Positions 19,631 through 29,881 are shown, counted from the first letter of the stretch. The stretch is 64,000 nt of DNA from an uncultured Elusimicrobia bacterium (GCA_964508565.1 CAZDUB010000007.1:25681-89680), one strand, 5' to 3'. Notes: a model not told the origin generated them from the sequence alone. Numbers and translations: made by a program.

Positions 19631-20947
19631 ATGGATAAAAAAGAGATATTAGAAATAGTAAAGTCCAAACAAATAAGATTTATAGAAATGTGGTTTACTG
19701 ATATTTTAGGTAGAGTAAAAACATTCACTATAACTGCAAATGAACTACCAGAAGCCTTAAACTCAGGAATGGGTTTTGATGGTTCTTCAATAGAAGGGTT
19801 TGCAAGAATATATGAATCTGACTTGATTGCTAAACCTGACCCTGAAAGTTTCAAAATTCTTCCATATAGAGAAAATACTGCTAAAATGGTGTGTGACATT
19901 TTTTATCCTACTGGCGAACCATATGATGGTGACCCAAGATTTTGTCTTAAAAAAAACCTTCAAGAATTAAAGAAATACGGATTCACAAATTTTTATGTTG
20001 GACCTGAACTTGAGTATTTCTATTTTAAATCTGAAAAATTCCCAGAATTGATTGACGACGCTGGTTATTTTGATTCCATGCCTGGAGAAGATTTTGGCAT
20101 CAACTTAAGAATAAAGACAATGGAATATTTAGAAGCTATGGGAATACAAGCAGAATATGCTCATCATGAAGTAGCACCAAGTCAACATGAAATAGACTTA
20201 AAATATGATGACGCCTTAAAAATGGCTGATAAAGTTATAGCTTACAAAGCATTGGTAAAAGAAGTTGCAAGACAATATGGGCTCTATGCAACATTTATGC
20301 CAAAACCAATCACAGGTGTAAATGGTTCTGGTATGCATGTGCATCAAAGTTTGTTTAAAGACGGAAAAAATATGTTTTTTTCTGAAAAAGATAAATATCA
20401 TTTATCTGATATTGCTAAACACTATATAGCAGGTATACTTAAACACGCAAGAGAAATTTGCATTGTAACAAATCAATGGGTTAATTCTTATAAAAGATTA
20501 GTCCCAGGTTATGAGGCTCCTGTGTATATTTGCTGGGCTAACAAAAATAGATCAGCGCTTATTCGTGTACCTGAATATAAGCCAGGAAAAGAAAAAGCTA
20601 CAAGAATAGAAGTAAGATTTCCAGATCCAGCTTGTAATCCATATTTAGCATTTGCAGTAATGTTAAAAGCAGGAATTGAAGGCATAAAAAATAAATATCC
20701 ACTTAGTGAACCATTAGAAGTTTCTGCATATGAGATGGAAGAAATAGAAAGAAAAGCGAGAAAAATTGATGAACTGCCAGGTTCTTTAATTGAAGCGATA
20801 GAAGTAGCAGAAAATTCTAAATTGCTAAAAGAAGCTTTAGGAGATCATATATTTACTAAATTTATTGAAAACAAAAAAATTGAATGGGATAATTATAGAA
20901 CACATGTAACTGATTATGAAATTAAAAGATATTTATCTATACTATAG
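19631..20947 (+). CDS. glnA: Glutamine synthetase, type I (short form)
   Basis: 438 aa with IRFIEMWFTDILG, GFDGSSIEGF, GSGMHVHQSL and NRSALIRVP motifs. AAGGAG RBS at 19619-19624. Confidence 0.9.
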   Translation: MDKKEILEIVKSKQIRFIEMWFTDILGRVKTFTITANELPEALNSGMGFDGSSIEGFARIYESDLIAKPDPESFKILPYRENTAKMVCDIFYPTGEPYDGDPRFCLKKNLQELKKYGFTNFYVGPELEYFYFKSEKFPELIDDAGYFDSMPGEDFGINLRIKTMEYLEAMGIQAEYAHHEVAPSQHEIDLKYDDALKMADKVIAYKALVKEVARQYGLYATFMPKPITGVNGSGMHVHQSLFKDGKNMFFSEKDKYHLSDIAKHYIAGILKHAREICIVTNQWVNSYKRLVPGYEAPVYICWANKNRSALIRVPEYKPGKEKATRIEVRFPDPACNPYLAFAVMLKAGIEGIKNKYPLSEPLEVSAYEMEEIERKARKIDELPGSLIEAIEVAENSKLLKEALGDHIFTKFIENKKIEWDNYRTHVTDYEIKRYLSIL

Positions 20948-20965
20948 AAGAAAAGAAGTAATTCA

Positions 20966-21817
20966 ATGGATCACATAATAACATCTCCAGAAATTTTATC
21001 AAAACAACTGTTAGGTGAATTTTCAAATACAAAAATTTGGAAGATAGAAATTTTAGCGCCAATAATATCCAATCATTTCAAACCAGGGCAGTTTATAATT
21101 TTGATGGTAGAAGAAAAAGGTGAACGAATCCCTCTAACTATAGCTGAAACTAATTTAGAAAAAGGTAGTATAACTTTGATATTCCAAGAAGTTGGATACA
21201 CAACGAAATTACTTGGGAATTTAAAAGTTGGTGACAAACTTGCCCACATTGTAGGCCCTTTAGGAAAACCTACTGAAATTGAGTATTATGGAACAGTTGT
21301 ATTGATTGGCGGAGGTGTGGGCACTGCTGAGATATATCCAATAGTAAAGGCGTTAAAAGAAAAAAATAACAAAATTATAACTATAATTGGTGCTAGAAAC
21401 AAGAATTTGGTAATTTTAGAAGAAGAGTTTAAAAAAATTTCCGACGAATTATATATTACTACTGATGATGGGTCTTATGGACAAAAAGGTTTTGTAAGTG
21501 ATGTGTTAAAAAGTCTAATAGAAAATAATGTTTCTATAAACTTAGTATATGTAGTAGGTCCTGTTCCAATGATGAAAGTTGTGTCTCAAATTACTAAACC
21601 ACATAATATAAAAACTCTTGTTTCATTAAATACAATAATGGTGGATGGCACAGGTATGTGTGGCTCATGCAGAATCACACATAAAAATAAAATTAAATAT
21701 GTATGTTGTGACGGACCTGAGTTCGATGCTCACGAAGTGGACTGGGAAGAGATAATCAACCGTAATAAAACCTATATTGTACAAGAACAACAAATAATGC
21801 AAAAGATAAATACTTAA
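20966..21817 (+). CDS. FAD/NAD(P)-binding, 2Fe-2S electron-transfer subunit (NfnA / sulfide dehydrogenase / PyrK-like)
   Basis: 283 aa with ERIPLTIAE, GGGVGTAEIYP and the C-terminal Cys cluster CGSCRITHKNKIKYVCCDGPEF. Confidence 0.7.
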   Translation: MDHIITSPEILSKQLLGEFSNTKIWKIEILAPIISNHFKPGQFIILMVEEKGERIPLTIAETNLEKGSITLIFQEVGYTTKLLGNLKVGDKLAHIVGPLGKPTEIEYYGTVVLIGGGVGTAEIYPIVKALKEKNNKIITIIGARNKNLVILEEEFKKISDELYITTDDGSYGQKGFVSDVLKSLIENNVSINLVYVVGPVPMMKVVSQITKPHNIKTLVSLNTIMVDGTGMCGSCRITHKNKIKYVCCDGPEFDAHEVDWEEIINRNKTYIVQEQQIMQKINT

Positions 21818-22539
21818 ATTAATTCGTTTGTTTTTATTTCTAATCCATTATCTAAAGTTTTATTCATATAATATACTTTTCTATCTACAACTTTTAAAAT
21901 TCCTTCTGATATAAGTTGTAAAGTTTTTTTTACTAATGGCAACTCATACTTAACGCCTTCTTCTCTTATTTTGTCAAAATCATATTCTATAACAGGAAAT
22001 TTACAATAAGTAAGAACAGGTCCTCTATCAAGTTCTTCTGTAACAAGATGAATCATAACCCCATGTTCTTTATGTTTTTCTTCTATAACTTTTTTTATAA
22101 CTTCTTGCCATGTACCTTTAGGTCCCCAAGGTAAAGCTGGATGTAAATTTATAAAGTTAAATTTTTTACATAAAAAATCGCTAAGAATTAACATATATCC
22201 GGCTAACATTACCAAATCTACTTTATAATCTTTTATCATTTCATATACTTTTAAATCAAACTCTTCTCTCCATTTATCTATGTTGTCTTTTTTAAGTTCA
22301 GGCATAAATTTTAACGAAGATAAGTTATATAATGGTATATCATAAGATTTTATTGTTTTTATGAAATTATCTGAATTTTCCGCTTCTCCATAATCTCTAT
22401 TTATGAACACAAAATCTATAGAAGCGTTGATTTCTCCTTTCTTTATAGCATCGTATATATAATTAAAAATTTTAAGAGAAGTTGTCCCCCTAGAAGTAGC
22501 AAACCAACCTAAAGACATTTTGTCTTTTTTTTGTTCCAT
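21814..22539 (-). CDS. purN: Formyltransferase-family protein, probable phosphoribosylglycinamide formyltransferase
   Basis: 241 aa with INLHPALPWGPKG and HLVTEELDRGPV motifs. Lies directly downstream of purD-purM. Confidence 0.6.
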   Translation of the reverse strand: MEQKKDKMSLGWFATSRGTTSLKIFNYIYDAIKKGEINASIDFVFINRDYGEAENSDNFIKTIKSYDIPLYNLSSLKFMPELKKDNIDKWREEFDLKVYEMIKDYKVDLVMLAGYMLILSDFLCKKFNFINLHPALPWGPKGTWQEVIKKVIEEKHKEHGVMIHLVTEELDRGPVLTYCKFPVIEYDFDKIREEGVKYELPLVKKTLQLISEGILKVVDRKVYYMNKTLDNGLEIKTNELI

Positions 22540-22560
22540 AGTAACTATAAGTAGTAAAGA

Positions 22561-23520
22561 CTAAATAACTTCAACTTCTTTTTTGTTAGAAGTAAAAATC
22601 TCTCCAATTAGTGTTGTCTCTTTTCCAAAAAAATTCAAAATCTTACTACATATTGAAGCTGAAACAATTATCACCATACCTATCCCCATATTAAACACTC
22701 TATACATTTCTTTATCTACAATGTTTCCTTTTGATTTTATCATATCAAAAATCTTATATGGTTTCCACGAATTTTTATTTATAACTGCTTTTGTTTTTTC
22801 TGGTAATGCACGAATTATATTGTCATAAAAACCACCACCTGTAATGTTAACTATCGCTTTTATATCTTTGTTTGGTTTAAAAACTTTAAGAAGTTCTCTT
22901 ATGTGAGATACATATATTTTGGTTGGTTTTAATATTATAGAAGCATATTTTTTTAATTCTTCCTCATTAAAAACTTTTCTTACTAACGAATATCCATTTG
23001 AATGAATTCCTGACGAATATAAACCTATGATTTTGTCTCCACTTTTAACATTTTCTCCAGCTATTAATTTATCTTTTTCTACAATTCCACAAGCGAAACC
23101 TGCTAAGTCGTATTCATTGGGTTGATACATGCCGGGAAGTTCTGCAGTTTCACCTCCTAAAAGTTCACAGTTAGAAATTTTACAACCTTTTATTATCCCT
23201 TTCATTATTTCTTTAAGTAGTTTAAGATCTACTTTACCACATGCAATATAGTCTAAAAAAAACAATGGCATAGCACCACAAGTAATGATATCATTCACAT
23301 TCATAGCAACAAGGTCTATTCCTATAGTTGAATGTTTATTTACTAACTGAGCTATTTTAATTTTTGTACCAACTCCATCTGTCGTAGCTACTAAATACCT
23401 GTTTTTATCAATTTCATACAAACCGCTAAAAAAACCTATTTTTGGATAATATGATTTTATCCATTCAACAAACTTATTTGCCTTGTCAATATCAACTCCT
23501 GAGCTTTTATATGTAATCAT
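22561..23520 (-). CDS. purM: Phosphoribosylformylglycinamidine cyclo-ligase (AIR synthetase)
   Basis: 319 aa with ATTDGVGTK, DLVAMNVNDI and GGETAELPG motifs. Confidence 0.9.
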   Translation of the reverse strand: MITYKSSGVDIDKANKFVEWIKSYYPKIGFFSGLYEIDKNRYLVATTDGVGTKIKIAQLVNKHSTIGIDLVAMNVNDIITCGAMPLFFLDYIACGKVDLKLLKEIMKGIIKGCKISNCELLGGETAELPGMYQPNEYDLAGFACGIVEKDKLIAGENVKSGDKIIGLYSSGIHSNGYSLVRKVFNEEELKKYASIILKPTKIYVSHIRELLKVFKPNKDIKAIVNITGGGFYDNIIRALPEKTKAVINKNSWKPYKIFDMIKSKGNIVDKEMYRVFNMGIGMVIIVSASICSKILNFFGKETTLIGEIFTSNKKEVEVI

Positions 23521-24818
23521 AATAACAACCCTTTCTTACCAATATCTGTTCTGTAATACTTGTTTCCAAAGTTAATTAAATCTACTAATTTATATGAATT
23601 ATCTATGGCTTCTTTTAGTGTGTCTCCCATACCAACGACATTTAAAACTCTACCACCTGCAGTGTAGTATTTACCATTAACTTTTTTTGTACCAGCATGA
23701 AACACAAAGACATTGCTAAAATTTTTAGCAACATCTAAGTTAAAAATTTCTTTTCCTGTCTCATACTCCCCCGGGTAACCTTTGGAGGCTAATACTACGC
23801 AACAGGTATACTTTTGATAAAAATCTAATTTAAACATTTTTAAATTTTTATTTACAGTAGCTAAAAATAACTCTAACAAATCATTCTTTAACAACGGTAA
23901 AATTGCCTGTGTTTCAGGATCACCAAATCTACAGTTGAATTCCAAAACATAAGGTTGTTCTCCTCTTTGTCCGATATTTTCTATCATTAGTCCAAAATAA
24001 ATCACTCCGCAATAATCAAGCCCTGATTGCTTAATTCCTTTTAAAAAGTTTAAAATTATTTGATTGTAAATTTTTTCCTCTAAATTTTTGGATACAAATG
24101 GTAAAGGTGAATAAGCTCCCATCCCGCCAGTATTTGGACCTTTATCACCGTCATATATTTGTTTATGATCTTGTGAATGGATAAGAGGCAATATTGTTTC
24201 CCCATCACAAAACGCTATAACAGAAATCTCTATTCCTTTAAGTTTTTTTTCAATTACAACTTTTTCACCTGAAGAACCAAAAATTTTTTTTACCATCATA
24301 TTATAGGCAGCAGCTTTTGCCTCATCTATACTATCACAAACTACAGCTCCTTTTCCTGCAGCAAGTCCATCTGCTTTTACCACCACTCCTTCAGGATATT
24401 TCCTAAACATTTCTTCAAGTAGTTTTTCAGCTTGTTGATATGTTTCAGCTACAACAAAATCAGCTGTTGGTATACCGTATTCTCTCATGAAATTTTTAGC
24501 AAATATCTTACTTCCTTCTAAATTTGCTTGTTCTTTGGTAGGACTAAATACTAATATTCCTTTTTGATTTAAATAGTTTCTAATTCCTTCAACCGATGGC
24601 TGTTCAGGACCTACTACCACAAGGTCTATTTTGTTTTGCAAAATATAATTATATATCTTTTCAAACTCGTTGACTTTTATAGATGACTCACATATAGCAC
24701 AATCACTTATTCCACCATTACCTGGGATACAATGCAAAGAGTTTAAAAGTTTTGATTTTTTAACAGCCCATACAATTGCGTGTTCTCTTCCACCTGAACC
24801 TAAAACTAATACATTCAT
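23517..24818 (-). CDS. purD: Phosphoribosylamine--glycine ligase
   Basis: 433 aa with MNVLVLGSGGREHA and an ATP-grasp core (VVKADGLAAGKGA). Confidence 0.95.
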   Translation of the reverse strand: MNVLVLGSGGREHAIVWAVKKSKLLNSLHCIPGNGGISDCAICESSIKVNEFEKIYNYILQNKIDLVVVGPEQPSVEGIRNYLNQKGILVFSPTKEQANLEGSKIFAKNFMREYGIPTADFVVAETYQQAEKLLEEMFRKYPEGVVVKADGLAAGKGAVVCDSIDEAKAAAYNMMVKKIFGSSGEKVVIEKKLKGIEISVIAFCDGETILPLIHSQDHKQIYDGDKGPNTGGMGAYSPLPFVSKNLEEKIYNQIILNFLKGIKQSGLDYCGVIYFGLMIENIGQRGEQPYVLEFNCRFGDPETQAILPLLKNDLLELFLATVNKNLKMFKLDFYQKYTCCVVLASKGYPGEYETGKEIFNLDVAKNFSNVFVFHAGTKKVNGKYYTAGGRVLNVVGMGDTLKEAIDNSYKLVDLINFGNKYYRTDIGKKGLLL

Positions 24819-24885
24819 AAAGATTAAACTCTCATAAAAATTAAGGTTTATCTTTTATATAACTTGTATAACCAAAAATCAATAT

Positions 24886-25785
24886 TTAAAAGTCAAAAAA
24901 CAGCTGGTATTGAATTTTTTGCCACTTAGGTCCGTACTGATAAATATTATATTTTTTTGCTAAAAATATGACTTTTTTATTAATCATTTTTTGATAAGCT
25001 TCATTAGGAGAGATTCTATTTTTGTATAAAAATTCATATTTCTGCAACAACGAAGGGAAATTTTTAGAAATAACACTTAAAAAAACTTGTTTTTGGCTTA
25101 TAAAATAATTGTCAGAAATATTCTCTCTTAATGTTAAATAATCCCACCAAATATATTTACACATAGAGTTTTTAATGTTTATAAACAATTTCTCTAATTC
25201 TTTATCATTATCATTTATATAAGGAATTATAGGCATAATAGACACTCCACAGTTTATACCTTCTAAATTTAATTTTTTTATACAATATAATCTATCTTCT
25301 ATTGAAGAAGCGTTTGGTTCAAATATTTCTTTTGATTTCTCATTTGTTGTAATTAAGGTTATTGAAATGTTTAGTCTTTCTTTAAATTTTTTAAATAACT
25401 CCAAATCTTCTAAAATATATCTTGACTTTGTAAAAATGTGTATGTTATACGGAGTATGAAACAACAAAATAGATAAAATTTTATGTGAAAGACGATATTT
25501 TTGTTCAACAGATTGGTAAGGGTCTGAAGAAGTACCTAAATAGATAACACCAGTAGGAAATTTTTTAAGATATCTTTGTAACTCTTTAACTAAAATATCT
25601 ACTATATTATATTTAACTTTTACTACACTAAGATCTGTACCTTTTGAATATTTTTCTGCACGAACATAACAATATTTGCATCCATGAACACAACCTATGT
25701 AAGGATTAATAGATGCACAAAACTCAGATGTTAGTTTTTCTACATTAAGTGCCGTCTTACATAAAGTGCATTCTTCAGTTATCAT
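24886..25785 (-). CDS. Radical SAM protein (SPL/DNA-photolyase-like family)
   Basis: 299 aa with the CxxxCxxC cluster CVHGCKYC. Confidence 0.7.
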   Translation of the reverse strand: MITEECTLCKTALNVEKLTSEFCASINPYIGCVHGCKYCYVRAEKYSKGTDLSVVKVKYNIVDILVKELQRYLKKFPTGVIYLGTSSDPYQSVEQKYRLSHKILSILLFHTPYNIHIFTKSRYILEDLELFKKFKERLNISITLITTNEKSKEIFEPNASSIEDRLYCIKKLNLEGINCGVSIMPIIPYINDNDKELEKLFINIKNSMCKYIWWDYLTLRENISDNYFISQKQVFLSVISKNFPSLLQKYEFLYKNRISPNEAYQKMINKKVIFLAKKYNIYQYGPKWQKIQYQLFFDF

Positions 25786-25803
25786 ATATTAGAATATAAA
25801 ATA

Positions 25804-26178
25804 TTATAACAAAAGTCCATTAATAACATATTTCAACACACTGATTTTAATATTTGTATACCACTTTTTTAATTTCTTACTAAAGATTCTTTTTGTTTTT
25901 TTACTATTAAAAAATTTTATCAACCTTGCAGAAAATATGTTCCCTACACCTTCACCTAACGCGAGTGTAAAAACGAATCAAAATTTATTCTCAGCAGAAG
26001 CAAGGATATCAGCAAAAACTATTCCTGTCAACATCCAACAAATAAAACCAATTATTTCACTTATATACGACCTTATTTTTACATATAAGTAAAAATTTTC
26101 AATATTTGACACAAAATTTATAAGAAACCCTGCAACAAATATAATTAATAAATCAAATATTTTAAAATTATTAAACAA
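25804..26178 (-). pseudogene. Small membrane-protein-like ORF interrupted by an in-frame TGA
   Basis: The 66-codon track ORF has a TTG start and no SD, and ends at TGA (25978-25980). By my codon-by-codon reading the same frame stays open for 57 more codons (FVFTLALGEGVGNIFSARLIKFF...LLL) to TAA at 25804-25806. Confidence 0.4.
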
Positions 26179-26308
26179 TTTGGATTTTTTAACTCTATGG
26201 ATTTAAAATAAAGATTTGTGCACTTTGCTCTCCGCTATATTAGACGGGATAAAATCTAAAAAGTTACACAAATTTTATTGTTGAAAATAGATGACAAAAG
26301 TTGAAAGG

Positions 26309-27004
26309 TTAAAAAAAACTATTATTTTTTACCATTGTAAAATCAATATTTTTTAAGATACTTTCAAGTTCTAAAGTTTTTTCTTTTATGCTGTCAGAGG
26401 TGTGAACAACCATCGGGGAAGCATAAACAATAAATACATTGCTAAAAGGTAAAGGAAACATATATTTATCCCAATTATTTAAAGTTATTTTTTTATTTAT
26501 AAAAACTCTCACAGGAACTATTGGTTTAGAAGTTTTCTGCGCTAAAAAAATAACCCCAGGTTTAACTTTAAATCCAGGTCCATGTGGCCCATCTACTGCT
26601 ACAGCACAATTTTGTCCATTTAAAACTTTTTCTATCATAGATAATGTTCCAGAGGTTGCGCCCTTTTTACTTGCTGACCCACGGACTATGTCATATCCGA
26701 ATTTTTTAAGAATTCTTGTTTGTAGTTCACCATCTAATGAATAACTTGTCATTATAACATACTTTCTGTGTTTATGTGTTGGAATTAAAACAAATTGTTC
26801 TCCATGAAAGAAAGCAAAAATTTTGTTAGTCTTTAAATTTTTGATATTTCCGATATCAACTTTATAGATTTTTAATGTAGCAGAAACTAATTGAATTATC
26901 AACCATGCTAAGTAACTTAAAATGTTTAATTCTAAAAAATTAATAAAATCATTTTTTCTTAAATTTGAGATTAGTTTTTTAAATACCGAATTTATACTCT
27001 TCAT
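26309..27004 (-). CDS. DUF374 / lysophospholipid acyltransferase-family protein
   Basis: 231 aa with one N-terminal TM helix. The MTSYSLDGELQ and AVAVDGPHGP motifs are typical of the DUF374 family found near LPS core genes. Confidence 0.65.
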   Translation of the reverse strand: MKSINSVFKKLISNLRKNDFINFLELNILSYLAWLIIQLVSATLKIYKVDIGNIKNLKTNKIFAFFHGEQFVLIPTHKHRKYVIMTSYSLDGELQTRILKKFGYDIVRGSASKKGATSGTLSMIEKVLNGQNCAVAVDGPHGPGFKVKPGVIFLAQKTSKPIVPVRVFINKKITLNNWDKYMFPLPFSNVFIVYASPMVVHTSDSIKEKTLELESILKNIDFTMVKNNSFF

Positions 27005-27555
27005 TACTTTTTTGATTTAAATAATGGTATATAACTTATATTAGTACAGAGAGGCGAGAGTGTATTATTTTCTTTTAAATACACATCTATTTTTTCTGCA
27101 GAAAGTAAAGAGATTACTTCTTTGTAGTATTCTGGTGGAAGTAAAAAAGAATTTCCTATTTCTATATCTTCTTCTATTTTTTCTTTTAAAATTCTTGAAA
27201 CAAAAATTATTGCAGAATTTAAATATTCTTCAATAATTGTTTCTAAGACAGTTTTTTTTAACTGGTCGGTTGTTTCTAAAATAATTTTCTCTATTTTATC
27301 ACCTAAAGTAGAAATAACAAATGTAACAAATGCTGTATCTTTAGGTAAAGAAATAGTTTTTTTGAAATTCTCAATTTTTGGATCTTTTACGCTAAAATTT
27401 TCAAATAAAACTGAAGGAATTACTAACTCATCTACTTCTTTTTTTACAACATCTACTAAAACTATAATCTCATCTGTAACTTGAATATTTAATTGTTTTA
27501 ATCTGTTATAAACATCCTTTAATTTTAGTTCTAACTTAAATTTTTTAATTTTCAT
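27004..27555 (-). CDS. Hypothetical protein translationally coupled to secF
   Basis: 183-aa ORF. Overlaps secF by 4 nt and abuts the acyltransferase start. Only a vague resemblance to methionine-synthase activation-domain-like proteins. Confidence 0.5.
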   Translation of the reverse strand: MKIKKFKLELKLKDVYNRLKQLNIQVTDEIIVLVDVVKKEVDELVIPSVLFENFSVKDPKIENFKKTISLPKDTAFVTFVISTLGDKIEKIILETTDQLKKTVLETIIEEYLNSAIIFVSRILKEKIEEDIEIGNSFLLPPEYYKEVISLLSAEKIDVYLKENNTLSPLCTNISYIPLFKSKK

Positions 27556-28445
27556 TGTTTAGTTCTTAACTTATATTCAAGAACTAAAGCCGAAGCAATA
27601 AATATAGAAGAATAAGTTCCAACTATTACACCAAAAACTAAAGATAATGCAAAATCTTTTATAACTTGATTACCTAATATGAACAGAGACAAAACTGCTA
27701 TTAAAGTTGTGCCGGATGTCAACAGAGTTCGTGTCAATGTCTGATTAATACTTATATTCATGATTTTGTCTAATTTTTCTTTCCTTAATAATTTTATATT
27801 TTCTCTTATTCTGTCAAATATAACTATTGTATCATTTATTGAATATCCGGCAAGCGTTAATAATGCAGCAATTACTGTAAGAGAAATTTCTTTACCTAAA
27901 ATTGTCAAAAAACCTATGGTGAGAAAAACATCGTGTATCAACGCAATTACTCCTGCTACTCCCCATATCGAAGAACCAAATCTTACTGCAACATATACGA
28001 TTATTCCTAATAATGAAAATGCTATAGCATATAAAGCTTTTTTAGTTAAATGTTTTCCAATAGCAGGTCCTACATATTCTATACTCTTAATCTCATATTG
28101 TAAATTATTTGAATCCAATATACCTTTGATTGTATTAATTGCAGACTCCTGTGTTTCTGCTTTTAATTTTATTATAAACTCTTTAGCGTCTTGTTCTAAA
28201 GACAAAATATTTTGTAATTCAACTCCTTTAGAAATTCCATTTTTGGCTAAAATTTCTCTTAGGTTTGAAATGTTTATATTTTTGTCAAATATTTTGACTT
28301 GAATTAATATACCACCAGTAAAATCTAATCCAAGATTTAATCCCTTGTTAATTATAAGTACTATTATGGTAAGTATAACACAAGATAAAGAAATTAGAAG
28401 AAACATTCTTCTTTTTTGGATAAATTCTATTTCTTTCATTTTCAA
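27552..28445 (-). CDS. secF: Protein translocase subunit SecF
   Basis: 297 aa. Six-TM SecD/F topology with LDFTGG and GYSINDTIVIFDRIRE motifs. Confidence 0.9.
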   Translation of the reverse strand: MKMKEIEFIQKRRMFLLISLSCVILTIIVLIINKGLNLGLDFTGGILIQVKIFDKNINISNLREILAKNGISKGVELQNILSLEQDAKEFIIKLKAETQESAINTIKGILDSNNLQYEIKSIEYVGPAIGKHLTKKALYAIAFSLLGIIVYVAVRFGSSIWGVAGVIALIHDVFLTIGFLTILGKEISLTVIAALLTLAGYSINDTIVIFDRIRENIKLLRKEKLDKIMNISINQTLTRTLLTSGTTLIAVLSLFILGNQVIKDFALSLVFGVIVGTYSSIFIASALVLEYKLRTKQ

Positions 28446-28453
28446 AACTCCTT

Positions 28454-29881
28454 TTATAATAAATATTTAACATCTACTAAACTTTTTTGTAAAATATAGT
28501 CATATATTATCTTTGTTACAAATACTGCTGTGAAAATATTGGCTACCAAACCAATAAACATTGTAATACCAAAACCTTTTATAGGTCCTGTACCAAAACC
28601 AAATAGAAAAACTGTGGTCATTAAGGTAGTTAAGTTTGAATCTATAATTGTTACAAGAGCACGCTGATATCCTAAATCTACGGCTACGCGCAAAGTTTTA
28701 CCACTTTTTATTTCTTCTTTTATTCTTTCTAAAATTAAAATGTTAGCATCAACACCCATTCCTATCATAAGTACTAAGCCAGCAAGCCCAGGAAAGCTCA
28801 AAGTTGCTTTGAAAGCAATTAGAAATGATAAAATTATAAAAATGTTTAGTAACATAGCAAAATCAGCAATTATTCCTGAAACCTTATAATAAATTACCAT
28901 AAATATCAAAACTAATATACCACCTACTATCAGTGCCCTTACACCACTTACAACAGAATCCCTACCTAAAGTAGGACCAACAGAACGCTCTTCTATTACT
29001 TTAACAGGAGCTGGTAAAGCACCTGCTCTAAGTATTGTAGCAAGAAATTTTGCTTCATCTATTGTAAAATTACCCTCAATTATAGCTCTACCATCCAGAA
29101 TTCTTGAACGAATTACAGGTGCAGATTGAACAACTCCATCTAATACAATAGCCAAATGTTTATCTATATTGAGTTCAGTAACCTTAGCAAAAATTTTGGT
29201 CCCCTCAGGATTAAACTCTAAAGATACATAAGGAAGTCCTGTTTCTGCTCTACCTATTTCTACTCTTGCATTAGTTAAGTAAGCACCTGTCAATTCTGCA
29301 GATGATTTTAAAAGATAAAAACTTTCTTCTCTACCTGGTAATAAAACGTACCCAGTAGGTACTAAAGAAAGGATTTCTTTATTATTTAAAATTTCTTCAC
29401 TTCTTTTCAATCCAAGTTCCCTTGCTCTTTCAACAATCTTTCTGTAAGGTTCACCAACTTCTACTAATCTAAATTCCAACAATGCAGTCTTCCCAATTAA
29501 ATCTTTAGCCATCTGTAGATCTTTCACTCCAGGAAGTTGTACAGAGATCCATTTATCACCTTGTCTTGTAATCATTGCTTCAGATACTCCATACTGGTCA
29601 ACACGATTTCTTATAATTTCTATAGCTCTATCAATAGCATCGGAAACATCAAATCCCTCAGGTAGTTTATCTTTATCTATCTCTAAAACTAAATAAATAC
29701 CTCCTTTTAAATCTAATCCAAGCTTAAGAATTTTTTTTATAATGGGGTCTTTATTTTTCTCCTTTTCTAACCTTTCCTGTGGAGACATAAAAAAATACCA
29801 TTGAATTGTTGGAACAATAAAGTAAATACTAAGACCTATTATTATTAAAGTTAAAACTAATCTAAATTGTAAATTTTTCAT
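28454..29881 (-). CDS. secD: Protein translocase subunit SecD
   Basis: 475 aa with LGLDLKGG, a periplasmic domain and the C-terminal MGVDANILILERIKEE. Confidence 0.9.
   Translation of the reverse strand: MKNLQFRLVLTLIIIGLSIYFIVPTIQWYFFMSPQERLEKEKNKDPIIKKILKLGLDLKGGIYLVLEIDKDKLPEGFDVSDAIDRAIEIIRNRVDQYGVSEAMITRQGDKWISVQLPGVKDLQMAKDLIGKTALLEFRLVEVGEPYRKIVERARELGLKRSEEILNNKEILSLVPTGYVLLPGREESFYLLKSSAELTGAYLTNARVEIGRAETGLPYVSLEFNPEGTKIFAKVTELNIDKHLAIVLDGVVQSAPVIRSRILDGRAIIEGNFTIDEAKFLATILRAGALPAPVKVIEERSVGPTLGRDSVVSGVRALIVGGILVLIFMVIYYKVSGIIADFAMLLNIFIILSFLIAFKATLSFPGLAGLVLMIGMGVDANILILERIKEEIKSGKTLRVAVDLGYQRALVTIIDSNLTTLMTTVFLFGFGTGPIKGFGITMFIGLVANIFTAVFVTKIIYDYILQKSLVDVKYLL

Noticed and set aside
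24819-24885. Purine/ZTP/THF riboswitch ahead of purD
   Set aside because: The gap is only 67 nt with no conserved junction sequences. purD is probably co-transcribed with the radical SAM gene.
25978-25980. TGA as selenocysteine or as a reassigned codon (code 4/25-like)
   Set aside because: All long housekeeping ORFs in the window are intact under the standard code, so TGA is not a general sense codon. Downstream I see only a weak 5-bp hairpin (ACACU/GGUGU), which is not a convincing SECIS, and there are no sel genes in the window.
27760-28302. Long antisense ORFs in the track: 27760-28302, 38041-38496, 13711-14124, 60919-61287, 40566-40901, 32676-33020, 46955-47281, 19603-19899, 967-1149
   Set aside because: Each lies opposite a gene with clear family motifs. 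They have low-complexity, Leu/Ile/Ser/Phe-rich translations, no RBS and no recognisable motifs, so I treat them as shadow ORFs.
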